A stretch of 64,000 nucleotides of DNA from an uncultured Dehalococcoidales bacterium. Lineage in GTDB: Bacteria; Chloroflexota; Dehalococcoidia; GIF9; AB-539-J10. Shown here in pieces: positions 47,933 to 57,723 of this stretch. The notes under the pieces are model-generated. The model worked only from the letters and a program-made list of their open reading frames with translations. It ran no database searches and was not told where the DNA came from. Position 1 is the first letter of the stretch. Each line of letters begins with the position of its first letter. The stretch spans positions 3,670 to 67,669 of the forward strand of contig CAZDXE010000001.1 in the NCBI GenBank assembly GCA_964509565.1, in the 5' to 3' direction. Both the position numbers and the translations under genes were made by a program.

Positions 47933-48943
47933 TCATTTGTATGATATGGCCTTCATCGGCTCCTCATAAGACTCTCTTCTCTTTAAATAATCCAACTTTT
48001 TTGCACCACCACAGGCTTCCAGATAATCCTCAAAATTGGCAATGCTGTAGACATATTTTTGCAGATACTCATCTGCACCCTCCTCAGTTCTGGACAATTT
48101 CAACCATTCAGCTATATGCTCTTCATCAAACCAATACAAACCGGGCATCTCGGAAGGGTGTGCGCTATACGGAATCTCAACTACAGCATCTACTACCAAA
48201 AAAGGTATACTTGTTTTCCAGGGCTCTCTCCTGATAACTTCATTATCAACAATCTCCTCAGTAGTTATTATTAATCTTCGAGCACATCTGGAAAGTTCAA
48301 AATCCTCCACCAGGTGACCATCTATTTGGGCATTGCCATAGATATCACATCGGTGAACATGAATAAACGCCGCATCAGGGTAGGCTGCTGGAATCAAATT
48401 GATTGGTTTGCCGCTAAAGGGATCCTGGATTACCTTACAGGAGCTGTATTTGCCGGTGTCAGTGCCAAGTAAGTTGCGGCTAGGTATAAATGGCAGGCCC
48501 ATCATCCCAGCTAACCATCGCAATTGGTACCCAGCATTGCTGGTTTCAGCAATGACTTTACATCTCCCGCTTTCCACCATCCTTCTTGAAGCCGGAGATA
48601 AACCTCTAAGCTCATGGCCAAAACTGTAAGCCACCTCTGCCCTATTTACACAGCCAGAAGCCACCAGAATGTCAATATCGTGGACCGCTGTTTTACCAGC
48701 CATAATCAGATTGCGCTTCCTCTGTCTGATTATCTCATAGACAACAGCCATGGACACTCTTATATGTCCAAACCCTCCACTGGCTATAAAATCTCCATCA
48801 TGAACGAATTTGGCAACGGCCTCTTTAACTGACATGGTCTTATCCTTTAATTCACGTGACTTATTATTTAGCACCCATTCCCTGGCCTCGTCCGGATCAT
48901 GCCACCCTATAAGTTCACCTTTGCCCTCCTGTAATATTTGCAT
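47933..48943 (-). CDS. Glutaconate-CoA-transferase subunit A-like (family I CoA-transferase alpha)
   Basis: ..KFVHDGDFIASGGFGHIRVSMAVVYEIIRQ.. CoA-transferase alpha N-domain. 336 aa. The start may be the internal Met (MSVKEAV..). Confidence 0.8.
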   Translation of the reverse strand: MQILQEGKGELIGWHDPDEAREWVLNNKSRELKDKTMSVKEAVAKFVHDGDFIASGGFGHIRVSMAVVYEIIRQRKRNLIMAGKTAVHDIDILVASGCVNRAEVAYSFGHELRGLSPASRRMVESGRCKVIAETSNAGYQLRWLAGMMGLPFIPSRNLLGTDTGKYSSCKVIQDPFSGKPINLIPAAYPDAAFIHVHRCDIYGNAQIDGHLVEDFELSRCARRLIITTEEIVDNEVIRREPWKTSIPFLVVDAVVEIPYSAHPSEMPGLYWFDEEHIAEWLKLSRTEEGADEYLQKYVYSIANFEDYLEACGGAKKLDYLKRRESYEEPMKAISYK

Positions 48944-48970
48944 TTTATTTATCTACTTTGCAACGCTTGT

Positions 48971-49900
48971 TTAGTAACCTACTTTATCCAGTCCTTTAAG
49001 CCCCAGAAGCTGTCTTGTTTCATCAGGGGTAGCTATATCAATGTCCAGCTCCCTGGCAATGCGGGTGATTTTCCCCACCTGCTCAGCGCTACTTTTAGCC
49101 AGTATTCCTTTGCCGACATACAGGCTATCTTCCAGGCCAACTCTGACATTGCCTTTCATAACTAACGCAGCAGTGCATATGGGGAGCTGAAAATGGCCAG
49201 CAGCACACACTGACCAGACAAAATCATCACCAAAAGCATGTGTGGCTGTTTCATGCAAAAATACCAGATTATCGACAGAGGGAGGTATTCCTCCCATAAT
49301 TCCCATGACAAACTGAAGATAAAGGGGTTTTTTGAGGAATCCTTTCTTTACCAGGTAAAGCAAATTGTTAATCATGCCGACATCGTAGATTTCCAATTCA
49401 GGTTTGGTATTGCTCTCTTCAAAAGTCCGAGCGAATTCCTGTAGAGACTTAAATGTATTGGGGAAGATGAAATCTTCAGTCATCCTCAAATATTGCTTTT
49501 CCCACGAATATTTCCACTCCTTTATCTGCATTCGTTCGGGAAGGTCGAAAAGGCCAAAGTTTATGGAGCCAGCATTGAATGAAGCTAATTCTGGTTTAAA
49601 GGTGGGAACCACTTTTAACCTCTCCTTTATAGGCATACCCAAGCCTCCACCAGTGGTTGTGCATACAACGAGATTACATTTGCTTTTTATCCTGGCTAAT
49701 ATTTCGCGGAAGAGGTTCATGTCTGAACTGGGCTGACCTGTTTTTGGGTTACGTATATGTATGTGAACTACACTGGCTCCGGCATCATAAGCTTCAATTG
49801 CTTGTTCAGCAATTTGCTCTGGCGTGATAGGCAGGTAAGGGCTCATGCTGGGAGTATGTATACCACCAGTGATCGCTGCGGTTATTATTACTTTAGCCAT
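48971..49900 (-). CDS. BKACE-family beta-keto acid cleavage enzyme (3-keto-5-aminohexanoate cleavage enzyme-like, DUF849)
   Basis: MAKVIITAAITGGIHTPSMSPYLPITPEQIAEQAIEAYDAGASVVHIHIRNPKTG.. matches the Kce/BKACE TIM-barrel N-terminus. Confidence 0.85.
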   Translation of the reverse strand: MAKVIITAAITGGIHTPSMSPYLPITPEQIAEQAIEAYDAGASVVHIHIRNPKTGQPSSDMNLFREILARIKSKCNLVVCTTTGGGLGMPIKERLKVVPTFKPELASFNAGSINFGLFDLPERMQIKEWKYSWEKQYLRMTEDFIFPNTFKSLQEFARTFEESNTKPELEIYDVGMINNLLYLVKKGFLKKPLYLQFVMGIMGGIPPSVDNLVFLHETATHAFGDDFVWSVCAAGHFQLPICTAALVMKGNVRVGLEDSLYVGKGILAKSSAEQVGKITRIARELDIDIATPDETRQLLGLKGLDKVGY

Positions 49901-49921
49901 AGTAAATCCTCCTCCGCTTTT

Positions 49922-50890
49922 CTAAACTATTCCATTACTGTCAGGGCGACTTCGTATTTCTTCAATGAAATCAAGCACTACTTTGTCAAAATCTGAGTAC
50001 ATAGCTTGCCAACCCCATTCCTCCCTCGCTTTGCTATCGTCGAAGATATCTACAGTAGAAGTACGAAAGTAATTCATTACATCAGGGTCAGGTTTGTAAC
50101 TTATGTGAGACTCCGGAATGTATTTCTTCACTACCTGTTCGATTTCTTTAGCTGTTCGAGTTGGTACCACACCAGCAACATTGTAGTTCACGGTTTTGAT
50201 TTCCTCGACAGGAGCATGATACATCATGTCTACAGACCTGGCTGCATCCTTAAAATACAGGACAGGACACTTTGTGTCTTCGCTGACGTAGCACTTAAAA
50301 GGTTTGCCCAAAGCTGGATACTCAATCATCCAGGCATTCCATTGTGCCACGCCGGGGGTTCTAACGCCTGGGCCAATCACTGAGGGAAAGCGCACTGACC
50401 TGAAATCCAGACCAAATTTGGAACGGTAGAACCTGCCCAAACACTCGCAATATAGTTTGCCACAACCATACATTGTTGTAGGTCGCTGAAGCGTCGTATC
50501 TGTAATTACAGGGGAGCAATCCAATCCGTATGTGGACAAAGTACTGGTGAAAATTACCTTGCTCGCTTTCAAAAGGCGAGCAGCCTCCAATACATTTACC
50601 ATCCCAACGACATTCACTTGAAAGGAAGCCCATGGATTCGCATTGGAAGGCACACTCAGCATTCCGCCCAGGTGGTAGATGCCTTCAATATTGTAATCCC
50701 TGACAACATTGAACACTTCAGGCCAATTAGCCAGGTTCCCCTGCGCTATTTTGACTTTATCATGAATATCACTAATACGAGCATAATTCGGGGCGACGTC
50801 AAACAGAACAACGTCCTCACCTTTATTGACAAGTATATGTGCTAATTCAGTACCAACAAAACCAGTTCCTCCAGTAATAAGAACTGCCAT
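49922..50890 (-). CDS. NAD-dependent epimerase/dehydratase-family (extended SDR) dehydrogenase, possibly an L-threonine 3-dehydrogenase-like beta-hydroxy acid dehydrogenase
   Basis: MAVLITGGTGFVGTELAHILV.. and a Y..K catalytic pair. GGGAGGTG SD. 21 nt upstream of the BKACE gene on the same strand. Confidence 0.78.
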   Translation of the reverse strand: MAVLITGGTGFVGTELAHILVNKGEDVVLFDVAPNYARISDIHDKVKIAQGNLANWPEVFNVVRDYNIEGIYHLGGMLSVPSNANPWASFQVNVVGMVNVLEAARLLKASKVIFTSTLSTYGLDCSPVITDTTLQRPTTMYGCGKLYCECLGRFYRSKFGLDFRSVRFPSVIGPGVRTPGVAQWNAWMIEYPALGKPFKCYVSEDTKCPVLYFKDAARSVDMMYHAPVEEIKTVNYNVAGVVPTRTAKEIEQVVKKYIPESHISYKPDPDVMNYFRTSTVDIFDDSKAREEWGWQAMYSDFDKVVLDFIEEIRSRPDSNGIV

Positions 50891-51082
50891 CTATATACAC
50901 CTCCCTCTAATTCATTAAGATATTTTTATCTCTTAATAGTTGGAGTATCAACAGCATGGCTCATGTCCAGAGGACTCCACCTTACAATACCCTCAGAATA
51001 GTGATCTCCGCCTCGTGGCAGCCATTTTTGAGATACAGAGTCTTATTTTCCACACTTGTTAGCATAGATAGAAACTAATATT

Positions 51083-51934
51083 TTACTTCTTGACTAATTC
51101 GGCCAGCTTCTCAGCTTCTCCTTGAATCATTTTATAGCAATGTATATCTTCCGGGAATTTGCTTTCTCTAATATCGCTTATGTAATCTTGAAAAGCGTTC
51201 ACCATGTCTTCAGCTATATGAGCGTATCGCTTGACAAATTTAGGTTTGAAAGCCTGCCAGATACCCAGCATATCATGTGCAATAAGTAGCTGCCCATCAC
51301 AATAGATACCGGCACCAATACCATATACCGGTATTTCAAGGTCTTCGGTTATAAATTTGCCCACTTCAGGAGCTACTGCCTCTAAAAGTAAAAGTTGCGC
51401 ACCTGCTTCCTGAAGTGCTCTAGCATCCTTAATTACCTCATTTGCAGTTTCCGCTGTGCGCCCCTGAGCTTTATAGCCGCCAAATTGCCCCGTGCTTTGT
51501 GGGGTTAAGCCAATATGGCCACAAACAACCATCCCTGCATCAACAACTGCTTTTACTACTTTTGTGACCCGACGCCCTCCCTCCAGCTTGATAGCATCAA
51601 CTCCAGCTTCCTTATAGAACCTGCCTGCATTCCTGACAGCTTCTTCTGGCGTTGTCTGATAAGATAAAAAAGGCATATCGCCCATTACAAAAGTGTTGGG
51701 GGCTCCTCTGCGAACAGCTTCCGCATGCACAATGCATTGGTCCATAGTAACGGGGATAGTTCCTGCTGTATATCCATAAATGAGCATGCCTACCGAGTCT
51801 CCCACCAGAATCATATCTATGCCCGCCTGTTCCTGAAACTGCGCCATTGGGTAATCGTAGCAAGTTAGCCACGTAACTTTTTCGCCTTCTTTCTTCATCT
51901 TTTGAAAATCTATCAGGCCCTTCTTCTTCTGCAT
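51083..51934 (-). CDS. panB: 3-methyl-2-oxobutanoate hydroxymethyltransferase (ketopantoate hydroxymethyltransferase)
   Basis: Aligns along its length with PanB: ..TCYDYPMAQF..ILVGDSVGM..VRRGAPNTFVMGDMPF..AIKLEGG..VCGHIGLTPQS..GGYKAQGRT.. Confidence 0.88.
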   Translation of the reverse strand: MQKKKGLIDFQKMKKEGEKVTWLTCYDYPMAQFQEQAGIDMILVGDSVGMLIYGYTAGTIPVTMDQCIVHAEAVRRGAPNTFVMGDMPFLSYQTTPEEAVRNAGRFYKEAGVDAIKLEGGRRVTKVVKAVVDAGMVVCGHIGLTPQSTGQFGGYKAQGRTAETANEVIKDARALQEAGAQLLLLEAVAPEVGKFITEDLEIPVYGIGAGIYCDGQLLIAHDMLGIWQAFKPKFVKRYAHIAEDMVNAFQDYISDIRESKFPEDIHCYKMIQGEAEKLAELVKK

Positions 51935-51967
51935 TTAATCATCTCCTTTCTTTTTAAATAGCATGAA

Positions 51968-52921
51968 CTATGGTTTTGGAATCGCCAGGTCCTCAGGTCC
52001 CTGGTCTGACAGGATTGCCTCAGGGAAGTTTTCTTGAATAAGTTCGTGGATGATACAAGCATACTTCACCTTCTCCCTGGCCCAATTGGCCAGCATCTCT
52101 CTATCTACCCAGGGTTTATAAAGTGCTTGAGGCCCCACTGCGAGTGCTGGTCCGGGCTCTATTTTGAAGTAACAGGGAGCCGACACCCTGACCATTTCGG
52201 GCGCTTCGTAAAAACGCATAAATCCACCATAGGATTCAGCTAATATGATGTGTACATCTATTGGTATATCTACAGCCTGGCGAATAGATGCAAACTGGGG
52301 TAGAGTCAAATCCCCCAGTGGATTAAAGGTGCCTGCTCCCAGCTCTTCCAGAAGCTTACCACCGGCAGCGGAGGCATGCCCGGCATAAATAGAGACTTTG
52401 AAAACTACATCTGCGGGGATGTCACCATTTTTCCTCATCATATTGAGCATTCTAAGTAGCCCTTCATCGACAACCAGGAAACCTCGAATTCCTATGTCAA
52501 TGCAGCGCATTATATCGGCAACAACATACTTCAATTGGTCGGAACCTCGGTAACGGATTCCAGAAAGGGCGCCCTCATAATTATCGATTTGTCTTCCCAC
52601 GTCCCAAGACCGACGGGGCCCTGGATTAATTATCACTTCCAATTTTGCATCGGCAGCTAACTGAGCAAAGTCTTTTAACTCCTCCTTATCCAAAAGGGTC
52701 GCACCCATAACTACTGAAATCAAGCGGTGAATAGCAATATTTCGCTTCCTCATCTCATCTATCATGGCCTCCAATACATTAGGTCTCTCCAAACCGGATA
52801 TTTCCATCCTGTACCAGGCTCCATCAGGAAAACGCTTCTTGCTGGTCGTCAGATCATAAGCATCCCGGCTTGGTATGCCAACCTTTTCCATCGCTCTGGC
52901 AGCTCTATTTAAATTACCCAT
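51968..52921 (-). CDS. Conserved hypothetical protein (317 aa), function unknown
   Basis: Long ORF with a G-rich SD (AAAAAGGGGGGGAA) and no motif I can assign. Co-oriented, 33 nt upstream of panB. Confidence 0.5.
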   Translation of the reverse strand: MGNLNRAARAMEKVGIPSRDAYDLTTSKKRFPDGAWYRMEISGLERPNVLEAMIDEMRKRNIAIHRLISVVMGATLLDKEELKDFAQLAADAKLEVIINPGPRRSWDVGRQIDNYEGALSGIRYRGSDQLKYVVADIMRCIDIGIRGFLVVDEGLLRMLNMMRKNGDIPADVVFKVSIYAGHASAAGGKLLEELGAGTFNPLGDLTLPQFASIRQAVDIPIDVHIILAESYGGFMRFYEAPEMVRVSAPCYFKIEPGPALAVGPQALYKPWVDREMLANWAREKVKYACIIHELIQENFPEAILSDQGPEDLAIPKP

Positions 52922-53361
52922 ATTTATTAATTCCCCCCCTTTTTTTATTCTTACTTAAGTTAGCCCCGCAATTTAAACTACCATCCAATCATAATACCAC
53001 TCACCCCCTTTTTTCTAAGATTTCCCCTCTTCTATTACAAGGCTCATTTCAAGTGTACCTCAAAAAAAATGTGGAGGTCAATACATGGTGAAAATCCCAT
53101 TTTTTCGACATGCTTTGCTTAACTACCGGCTACAGTTTCTCATCTGATGCTTCGAGGAAGTTTCTCCTAAAGGGCAAACCTTGATACAGCTACCTTTACA
53201 ATACTGGAAGTCATTAAACTTGTGACAGGCGTTCTATATAAGTACATGCTGGCGTAACATAGCATACCGCTTTGGTAGCGAAGTCTGGGCGCACTGAAAA
53301 TAGCGCCTGCCTATTCCTGCAACGCGTTGTTGAGAAGACATGGCGCAGCCTGAGGGCATCC

Positions 53362-53616
53362 TCATATTATATCCAAAATGTTTCCAACCGCGTCTTCACC
53401 ACCACTTAGTATATCTAAATCATATATCTCCGTATATCCACAATTGTTACATGAAGCAAAGATATATCGGTTGTGTTGAATATTAAAAATCTTTGAAACT
53501 CCTGTTCCCGCCATCGCTAAGCTCTTGACGCTTGCACCCGTATTGTGGCACTGCGGGCATTTGAATCTGTGATATAGGCGAACTTCTCGCCATTCTATTT
53601 CTCCTTCCCATTTAGG
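53362..53616 (-). pseudogene. Remnant or disrupted small zinc-ribbon protein gene (MqsA/YgiT-like CxxC...CxxCG fold)
   Basis: The 85-codon minus-strand frame 53362-53616 encodes ..EWREVRLYHRFKCPQCHNTGASVKSLAMAGTGVSKIFNIQHNRYIFASCNNCGYTEIYDLDILSGGEDAVGNILDII*. It has no ATG, GTG or TTG start before the zinc-binding pair. An ATG at 53601-53603 with a perfect AAGGAG SD is in the +1 frame and terminates after 36 codons. Confidence 0.3.
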
Positions 53617-54055
53617 TTAACAGAATAATTCAAGTGGGTCACTTGTTCTTTTGTTCCCGTTCAATGTTATCTACTATAGCCTTTTTTAGCCATTGGGTTA
53701 GCGTTTTTTGGTAATGGCCGCCATATGAGCTTGGTGGCTGACAAAGCCTGGACACGGTGATTAGGTCGGTGAAGTATGAGTGCATTTTGAAGTTGCACAG
53801 GGATTTTATTTATGATTAGAGTGAATCTATTGGCTAATCAAAAAGGAGAGTTTGCCTTGTCAATAGTAAGGGGCCTCACTAGATTCTCACAACTTTATCT
53901 GTCTAATCGTAGGGATGCAGTCTACTACAGCGATAAGCAACTTTGCATTTTTAGCTATTGCTCTAGTAAAAGATTTCGCCGCTCATCTAATCTCATGCTG
54001 GCAAGTTTATTGTAGTTTGTTTTTTCCTTGGAGCCTGCAGGCTCTGGTCGAACAT

Positions 54056-54091
54056 CGAAGCACAGGGGCTCATGTTGGCCCCTGTGCTTCG
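54056..54091. terminator. Strong hairpin (14-bp perfect stem CGAAGCACAGGGGC / GCCCCTGTGCTTCG, 8-nt loop), 5 nt downstream of the saccharopine-dehydrogenase-family gene stop
   Basis: Seen directly. Lies just 3' of the minus-strand stop at 54097. The flanks are not strongly U-rich on either strand, so it may be a factor-dependent or bidirectional terminator, or an RNA-stability element. Confidence 0.45.
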
Positions 54092-54096
54092 GATTT

Positions 54097-55329
54097 CTAT
54101 GATATGGTTACGTCTTTCGAGTGTGTTTCCGTGAATTTCACTGGAGCGCCCATGTCAGCCATCCGCTTCATAAACCTCATCGGCTCAAGGCATTCTGGGG
54201 CGATTATTCCCCTGTTCGCCTCGCCTGCCATGCACATTTTTGCTCCTACAATTGCTGACAGGGCGACACCGATTTTCGTCGTCCCAAATTTGTGATAGTA
54301 TCCAAGAGTTTCTTCAGTGGTCGCGTTCGACCTGGCCAATTTGTAAATGACGTTTTCGCCTGATTTACTTCCTTTCACCTCCACCAGCATACAGTGACGA
54401 TGTTTAACAGGAGCGCCAGCAGTTCTTTCATCCTCAGTAAAGAACATGTCGCTCGGAGCATGCACCATCTTCAATAAGACATCGATCGGTGCAACTTTGG
54501 CACCACGTACATCAATGGCCTCTTTGCTGGCAAATCCCATCTTAACCAGTGAGCCTGCTGTAGGATCTACGGGGTATTTGAAGGTGCAATTCTTAATGCC
54601 TTTGCCAATGAAATGTGGCAGCGTTACCGATTCGTCATGTGCGTGGTGGCATACTGTGACTGGGCCAACCTGGTTGGGGAAATCATATTCCTCGCAACCG
54701 CTGAAGGGAAGGTGTTTCGTGTATTTTCCATCAATGAATCCTGCTGCCTCGATGGCATAATCCGTTAGTGCTACTTCAGGAGACCATGTTGGTTGCCATG
54801 CACTGACTATTTCCTTAGATTTTTCTAGAGCCTTGCCGGCGAGTCTAATGTGTATCTCATCAACTCGATCCAGTTTGTCTGCTGCATATCGAGCCATTAC
54901 GTTTGTTACTCCCGGGGTTGCACCACAGCTGATCAAGGCAGTCAATCCAATCCTCTTGAATTCATCGTTGAGTGTAAGTGGTTGGTCTTGCATGATTTCC
55001 GACTTGAACGGCTCGCTATAAGCCGCATCTACGTAGTGCGCGCCGCATCTCACAGCGGCTTGCATTACGTTAAAGTCGAACTGAAGCAGAGTCAGATTGA
55101 TGATGACATCGACTCCTTTAGCTGCTGCCTCGACGCTTTCAACAGAAGAGGCATCTATTTTTACGGTTCTGATTTTGCCACTCTTTATTCGATCCTTTAC
55201 CTTGTTAGCCAGATTAAGGTCGATATCACCTAGCACTATTTCGGATATATCATTATCCCTGGCCAAGATCGATGCGCAAGGGCCACCCTGAGCTCCGGCT
55301 CCTACTATCAGTACTTTCTTACCGCTCAT
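54097..55329 (-). CDS. Saccharopine-dehydrogenase-family NAD(P)-binding protein (lysine-6-dehydrogenase/carboxynorspermidine-synthase-like)
   Basis: KKVLIVGAGAQGGPCASILARD Rossmann N-terminus and the Sacchrp_dh architecture. 410 aa. Confidence 0.78.
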   Translation of the reverse strand: MSGKKVLIVGAGAQGGPCASILARDNDISEIVLGDIDLNLANKVKDRIKSGKIRTVKIDASSVESVEAAAKGVDVIINLTLLQFDFNVMQAAVRCGAHYVDAAYSEPFKSEIMQDQPLTLNDEFKRIGLTALISCGATPGVTNVMARYAADKLDRVDEIHIRLAGKALEKSKEIVSAWQPTWSPEVALTDYAIEAAGFIDGKYTKHLPFSGCEEYDFPNQVGPVTVCHHAHDESVTLPHFIGKGIKNCTFKYPVDPTAGSLVKMGFASKEAIDVRGAKVAPIDVLLKMVHAPSDMFFTEDERTAGAPVKHRHCMLVEVKGSKSGENVIYKLARSNATTEETLGYYHKFGTTKIGVALSAIVGAKMCMAGEANRGIIAPECLEPMRFMKRMADMGAPVKFTETHSKDVTIS

Positions 55330-55392
55330 GCGATTCTCCTTTCATGATTACTGCTCTTCTTTGCAGTTATCGCTGTCAATGTTGACCATGCG

Positions 55393-57096
55393 TTAATCTA
55401 CCGCTGCTCCTTTCTGGTGCACGGTTGTAGTGCTCCACGGATTCATCCAGGATACAGGACCACCCATCGAGTTTACCCAGCCTTCCAGCTTGTCGGTTCT
55501 GTACGCAGAAATCATGTCTGGTCTTACCAAGAAAGCGTAAGGTAAATCCTCAGCCATGAGTGCTTGCATTTCATACAGAGTTGCTTTGAGTCCTGGCAGA
55601 TCGGAGGCGGTATGCATTTCCTCCCACAGTTCATTAAAGCGTGGGTTATTCCAATAGGAGGCGTTCCACCAGTCACCTCCGGATCCCCAGCCTACCGCCA
55701 TGGTCCATATCCACTCCGAGTAGGGATCAGGAGCTGGTTCTTCTCCGGTGATGCCAATCTCATATTGATCCGATTCTGGATCGTAGAGGAAATCTAAAAA
55801 CGTGTCCGGATCCAATGTCTTGAAGTCAACGGCTATGCCTATTTCCGGAAGCATCTCCCCTATCACAGTGCCCATTTTGACACCGGGGGTACTTCCCGAC
55901 GAACAGCTGAGTTCGAAGATGAGGTTTTCCCCTGTGGCGGGATCATTTCTCACTCCATCCCCATCTGTATCTGTGTATCCAGCTTGCTCCAGGGTTTCCT
56001 TAGCTTTGCTGGGGTTATATGCATACTGTGGCAAGTTCGGGTTGTGCATTGGGCTCTCGTTGTATACCCAAGCATCGTATGGCTGTGCATATCCAAGATA
56101 TACTAAATCAATAATTCGCTGACGGTCGATGCCATACAGAATGGCATGCCGTACATTCTTATCCTGAAGTGGTGTGTCCTTATGGAGGTTAAACGATAAC
56201 CAGGTTAGGCCCATACCTGGCAATATCTCAAGGTTGATGTCTGGATTCTCCTGTATATCTTTGATAGCGATCGCGGGGATAACGGCGCCTGCAACCGTAT
56301 CTATTTCTCCGCTGTGTAGTGCCAGAAGCATGCCGTCGAGATTGGTGTAGTACCTGAAAAGTACTTTGTCCACGTAAGGCCTTTGCCCCCAGTATTCTTC
56401 GTTTGGCGCGAGCCACATGTATTGGTCACGTACAAACTCTTTCAATTTGAATGGACCTGTTCCGATTGCTTCTTCATTTGGATACTGTAATATGTCATCT
56501 TTGTATGGTTCGAAAATATGTTTGGGTATTATCGGGTAGTATTTCCACCACGCGGGGAAGTGGACGGTCGTTAATGGGGAAGCGTGTACAAGCTTGATTG
56601 TGTAATCATCGATGACCTGGATGTCGTCAAAAGTATTTGTGACGCTACTCCACCCTGGGATGGTGCAAAAATACTTGGCGAAAAACTCAACGTCATACGC
56701 CGTAAAAGGTTCACCGTCATGCCACTTTGCATTTTCTACAAGGTGTAGCGTATAGGTCTTACGGTCTTCTGACACTTCGTAGCTTTGTACCAATCTCGGC
56801 TCGAATTTGTAGAAGTCAGCATCCGGCCCAGCCGCATAGTAGGCTAGATTGTCATACACGAGCCGTATGAAAAGGCAGCCCCAGTTCGTCCACTCGAGCG
56901 CGGGGTCCATCGCTGTGCTCTCCATGCCACCAGTGAAACCAACGCCTAATTCTCCTCCATATAGTTCTACCTCCTCACCTTCGCCATCTTCTTCAGGGGC
57001 TAGTGGAGCACATTGCATCATTGGGGCAGCTAAGCTAACCAGCAAAATCACTGTTCCAACTAGTGCTAGTAGGCTTCTTCTCTTTTGCATCTTCAT
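55393..57096 (-). CDS. ABC transporter substrate-binding protein, family 5 (oligopeptide-binding, OppA-like)
   Basis: Signal peptide MKMQKRRSLLALVGTVILLVSLAAP and the SBP_bac_5 fold. 567 aa. Paralog of the gene at 33764-35368. Confidence 0.85.
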   Translation of the reverse strand: MKMQKRRSLLALVGTVILLVSLAAPMMQCAPLAPEEDGEGEEVELYGGELGVGFTGGMESTAMDPALEWTNWGCLFIRLVYDNLAYYAAGPDADFYKFEPRLVQSYEVSEDRKTYTLHLVENAKWHDGEPFTAYDVEFFAKYFCTIPGWSSVTNTFDDIQVIDDYTIKLVHASPLTTVHFPAWWKYYPIIPKHIFEPYKDDILQYPNEEAIGTGPFKLKEFVRDQYMWLAPNEEYWGQRPYVDKVLFRYYTNLDGMLLALHSGEIDTVAGAVIPAIAIKDIQENPDINLEILPGMGLTWLSFNLHKDTPLQDKNVRHAILYGIDRQRIIDLVYLGYAQPYDAWVYNESPMHNPNLPQYAYNPSKAKETLEQAGYTDTDGDGVRNDPATGENLIFELSCSSGSTPGVKMGTVIGEMLPEIGIAVDFKTLDPDTFLDFLYDPESDQYEIGITGEEPAPDPYSEWIWTMAVGWGSGGDWWNASYWNNPRFNELWEEMHTASDLPGLKATLYEMQALMAEDLPYAFLVRPDMISAYRTDKLEGWVNSMGGPVSWMNPWSTTTVHQKGAAVD

Positions 57097-57384
57097 CTCC
57101 TTTTTCTAAATTTTGTCTAGTGGTTCCCAGGCTGCTTTATTGTAAAACTTTTGGAAAATGTGTGTCACTAACCTATCTGAACTAAATCACACCCTATCTC
57201 ATCCCATATTTTAGGAACTCACTCCAAATCAGCACTACTCTGGTCTTCTCCACTCATAACAATTTGTTTTCCCAATAACGGATGGGAACTTCCAGAACAA
57301 CACAATTTTAGGGAGGAGATAAGGCACTCCTCAGCGTCCCAATTCTACAGGCAGGGTTTCTCTCCTCCTCTCCCCTGCCCGTTT

Positions 57385-57723
57385 CTAGTCTTCTCTTTTT
57401 ACCTCGACTTTTATGTCTCTGACAAGTTTGACTCCAAGTCCGCCGAGCTTACCTCCTGCGGTGATAACAAATATCATGAGCATAAACCATAGCATCATGT
57501 TCGTAATCTGACTAATTTCTGTACCCGAAAATACTTCAACTTCTACCGTGGGCATTCCCCCACCGCCTGATATTGGGATAGTGATGTTGTTCATTTCAAA
57601 TATCGCTGGAGGAACTGTTGCTTCTGTAAAAACATTGAATACAGAACACGCTGCCAGGATTATTGAAATTGCGCCCACCGCAAGCAGGACATAACCAATC
57701 GTTTTGTCAGCCTTTATCCGCAT
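57385..57723 (-). CDS. Small hypothetical membrane protein (two predicted TM helices)
   Basis: ORF only. The hydrophobic segments are VLLAVGAISIILAACSVF and MMLWFMLMIFVITAGG. Confidence 0.35.
   Translation of the reverse strand: MRIKADKTIGYVLLAVGAISIILAACSVFNVFTEATVPPAIFEMNNITIPISGGGGMPTVEVEVFSGTEISQITNMMLWFMLMIFVITAGGKLGGLGVKLVRDIKVEVKRED

Noticed and set aside
52935-52950. C7/T7 homopolymer run upstream of the 317-aa hypothetical gene as a phase-variation tract
   Set aside because: On the coding strand it simply constitutes the G-rich Shine-Dalgarno (AAAAAGGGGGGGAA), with no evidence of slipped-strand switching. It is noted only as a possible source of sequencing error.
53812-54015. 67-aa and 126-aa plus-strand ORFs in the ORF-poor island
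   Set aside because: No SD and no recognisable domain. The 126-aa one runs antisense into the saccharopine-dehydrogenase-family gene. Treated as non-coding; the island is discussed as a finding instead.
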